DNA from: a virus | Taxonomy: Duplodnaviria > Heunggongvirae > Uroviricota > Caudoviricetes | Reading direction: 5' to 3' (one strand) | IMG/VR virus record: IMGVR_UViG_2802428878_000002 | Length of the DNA stretch: 34,915 bases | In this document: positions 34,514 through 34,915 of the stretch, one piece after another | Layout: every line of letters starts with the position of its first letter | Numbering within the stretch: position 1 is the stretch's first letter | Notes under the pieces: generated by a model | The model's database searches: none | What the model saw: the letters and a program-made list of their open reading frames with translations, nothing else | What the model was told of the DNA's origin: nothing | Program-made: the position numbers and the translations under genes

Positions 34514-34915
34514 ATGCGTCGATTTGAAAGGTACTGGGCATGGCTCACCGCCATCGGGGCGCAGATACTAATCGTGGCCAACGTCATTGATCATGACTGG
34601 TTCGGTGTTGTGATCGGGGTCTTGGCGCTGCCGGTGGGTCTGTGGTGGGTGTACGACAACCGGAACTCGGAGAGAACCGCCGCCGAACAAGAACAGCTGG
34701 CCGCTGAATGGACCGACGCCAAGGTGCAGGATGTGATCGCAGGTCATCATGATCAAGTCAGCGCGGTGAAGGCGATGCGAGCAGCTGATCCCCGACTCGG
34801 GTTGGTCACCGCCACTCGACTTGTACGGCGGGCCAGAGCGCCACAAGAAACCATCCATGATCCCAATGCCCAGCGAGGCGGTAGCAACTCTCGGCCCGAT
34901 GCTGACCGGCGTTGA
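34514..34915 (+). CDS. membrane protein with L7/L12-C-terminal-like helical motif
   Basis: Two TM helices, then QVSAVKAMRAADPRLGLVTATRLV. Confidence 0.6.
   Translation: MRRFERYWAWLTAIGAQILIVANVIDHDWFGVVIGVLALPVGLWWVYDNRNSERTAAEQEQLAAEWTDAKVQDVIAGHHDQVSAVKAMRAADPRLGLVTATRLVRRARAPQETIHDPNAQRGGSNSRPDADRR

Noticed and set aside
1-34915. CRISPR array, integrase, transposase, capsid or relaxase genes
   Set aside because: None seen, so the element type (plasmid, ICE or phage) is left open.

Overview
GC-rich actinobacterial, almost certainly mycobacterial, accessory DNA from a large mobile element (megaplasmid, ICE or phage-like; this cannot be resolved from the window alone). From left to right: (i) small membrane/lipoprotein genes, a truncated SLOG/YspA-type gene and a possible ssDNA-binding protein; (ii) an NAD salvage/reconstitution cluster (macrodomain, PRPP-synthetase-like, RyR-domain, NAMPT-like, NrtR); (iii) a DUF1524-type HNH nuclease and an LppX/LprAFG lipoprotein converging on an isolated type VII secretion eccB-eccC pair; (iv) two paralogous XRE regulators, a HAD nucleotidase, an HTH-VWA pair and four copies of a 17-bp palindromic operator; (v) a 12.5-kb plus-strand array of 37 hand-folded tRNA genes covering all 20 amino acids. 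The array also holds a ~775-nt GOLLD-like RNA with a tRNA embedded in it, a second ~480-nt hairpin-dense non-coding block, several smaller structured spacers, two HNH nucleases, a DEDDh exonuclease and RtcB. All family calls are by motif recognition and all RNA folds are by eye; no searches were run.
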